A stretch of 63,804 bases of DNA, the filler included, from Octopus bimaculoides (lineage: Eukaryota): NCBI RefSeq assembly GCF_001194135.2. It is 6 parts of 5 records of this genome, joined end to end, with 100 filler letters (N's around TTAATTAATTAA, not from the genome) between each part and the next. Parts side by side here need not be neighbours in the genome. Positions count along the whole stretch, not along the records: positions 62,227 to 63,804 come from NC_068999.1; 5 more parts are not named here. One strand, written 5' to 3'. The notes beneath the pieces were generated by a model. The model was not told the DNA's origin. It did no database searches and saw only the letters and a list, made by a program, of their open reading frames with translations. Of the stretch, positions 62,550 to 63,804 are shown piece by piece. A program made the translations under genes and the position numbers. Each line of letters begins with the position of its first letter. Positions within the stretch are counted from its first letter, which is position 1.

Positions 62550-63239
62550 AAAAAAAAAAACTCAGAGCAGTTAAACGTGGCTAATTAACAACGGCGAAAG
62601 ACCACAAGTAGTGGAGCATGGAAAGACAAAGTTTTGAAGGGAAGATGCAGGCTGTAAGCCAGCAACTGTAAGGAAGAAGAATGATCCAAAATGGGAGGAG
62701 AGTTGAGAGTTCTTTGGCAGTTGACTTTGATGGTAAATACCACTTTCCACTTTTTACAACGAAAAGATCCGACCTCGTCGTCGTGTGCTGCAAAGAAAGA
62801 AGCTAAAGATTGTAGAGACGACAGTTCACTGGAAAATGAACATCAAAGACGCTTTTCTCGGGAAAGTCAGAAAATACGTGAGTTGAACTCTATGGATGTG
62901 AAGCAATATGCCTTTTCGTAGAGATAGGTAGTTAAGGATTTATTGGAACTATGGTTTACTCGATGTTCAGGAGTCTTGGGCCAGCAGCGAAGGAAACAAA
63001 AGATGTCACCAGAAAATTATCAGAAGCTGCTGAGAAAGCAAGCTATTATACCTGGCTCCAGAGAGAAAGGATGAGTGGTACAGTAAGAACCAGCATTGAG
63101 GATGATAGAAACATCTGGCCCAGAGTGGCAACATCTGACACAACAAAACTCGTGCTGTTGTGCGGGAATTTTGTCAACTACATCGATAAGTGACCCCGGA
63201 AAACTCTGGTGTCACAGTAGAAGACGCCGCCTGATAAGA
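62550..63239 (+). mobile_element. HERO-like RLE non-LTR retrotransposon, degenerate 3' region
   Basis: Across frameshifts and stops: AVDFDGKYHFPLFTTKRSDLVVV / IVETTVHWKMNIKDAF..KVRKY / CLFVEIGS*GFIG..MFRSLG...RKLSEAAEKASYYTWLQR. This matches the RPD...ELTVPW...KY...VEVGCRGF...AAExASxWxW pattern of HERO endonuclease ends. Confidence 0.75.
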
Positions 63240-63804
63240 CATTGACTCCTGCATTCGGATACGGAGTACAGAAGAACCCTCAGTACACAAGTGTTTTACC
63301 CTAAATGTAAAACAGACATCTTCCGCATAACGGAAACATTGCGTTCATAAAAATCTTGCCATCATGTGGAGTTTGGCAAAATGTATTTTTCAAATGATCC
63401 CCGTGTATCATGGAAGTCAATGGCAAAATAGATTTCACATTACGAGACTCCAAATTCCAACAAGATTTTCAGGAGCGCAATTCTTCCATAACGTGGATGT
63501 ATGCTTGTGCAGTTAAATACAACAAAGAATCTAATTGGCTGTGCTCTACCATTTGTCTCTATCACCCCCAAAAATGTGTTTGTTTGTTTTTTCTTTTAAT
63601 GTTGGAGACCAAACAAGGTATGTTCAAGTAGTCGCTCGAACTGCTAGAAATTTCCCCAAATCGCACCCTACTGTCCAAAAAAAAAAAAAAAGAACACTGG
63701 CAGGATGGTCCCAACTACAACTCTTTTGTTCAGTTCTGTTCAGCAAGGGCTGATATGAAGCTAAACAACGTTAACAATATATATATGTGTGTGTGTGTGT
63801 GTGT

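Overview
This is AT-rich eukaryotic DNA, almost certainly from a coleoid cephalopod (Octopus-type SINE families, dense TA/CA/TATG/GATA microsatellites). Roughly 7 kb is N gaps, five of them containing an artificial TTAATTAATTAA linker. No complete protein-coding gene can be supported; most ORF-track entries are microsatellite or gap artefacts. The window is a transposable-element mosaic. It holds a full-length but disabled Chapaev3 transposon with TIRs and a TAA TSD (11974-14345), a full-length decayed mariner (44666-45932), and an internally deleted ISL2EU-like element that keeps SAP and SWIM-like coding remnants (40039-40805). It also holds Tc1/Tc2 MITEs, fragments of Tx1/L1, R4/Dong, CR1/L2, RTE, HERO and Gypsy retroelements, Penelope-type repeat fragments, and many tRNA-derived SINE copies with shuffled modules. 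A few exon-like islands, mostly on the minus strand, suggest unannotated genes. The most interesting signals are: a pre-miRNA-shaped hairpin (17709-17797); minimal hammerhead-like motifs with a non-canonical core; a 277/278-identical inverted duplication of a decayed HERO 3' end; a palindromic foldback element carrying a tRNA-like core; a TRIM-like mini LTR element; and a CpG-depleted domain (~41-55 kb) that may mark a methylated gene body. All family assignments come from motif recognition by eye, not from database searches.
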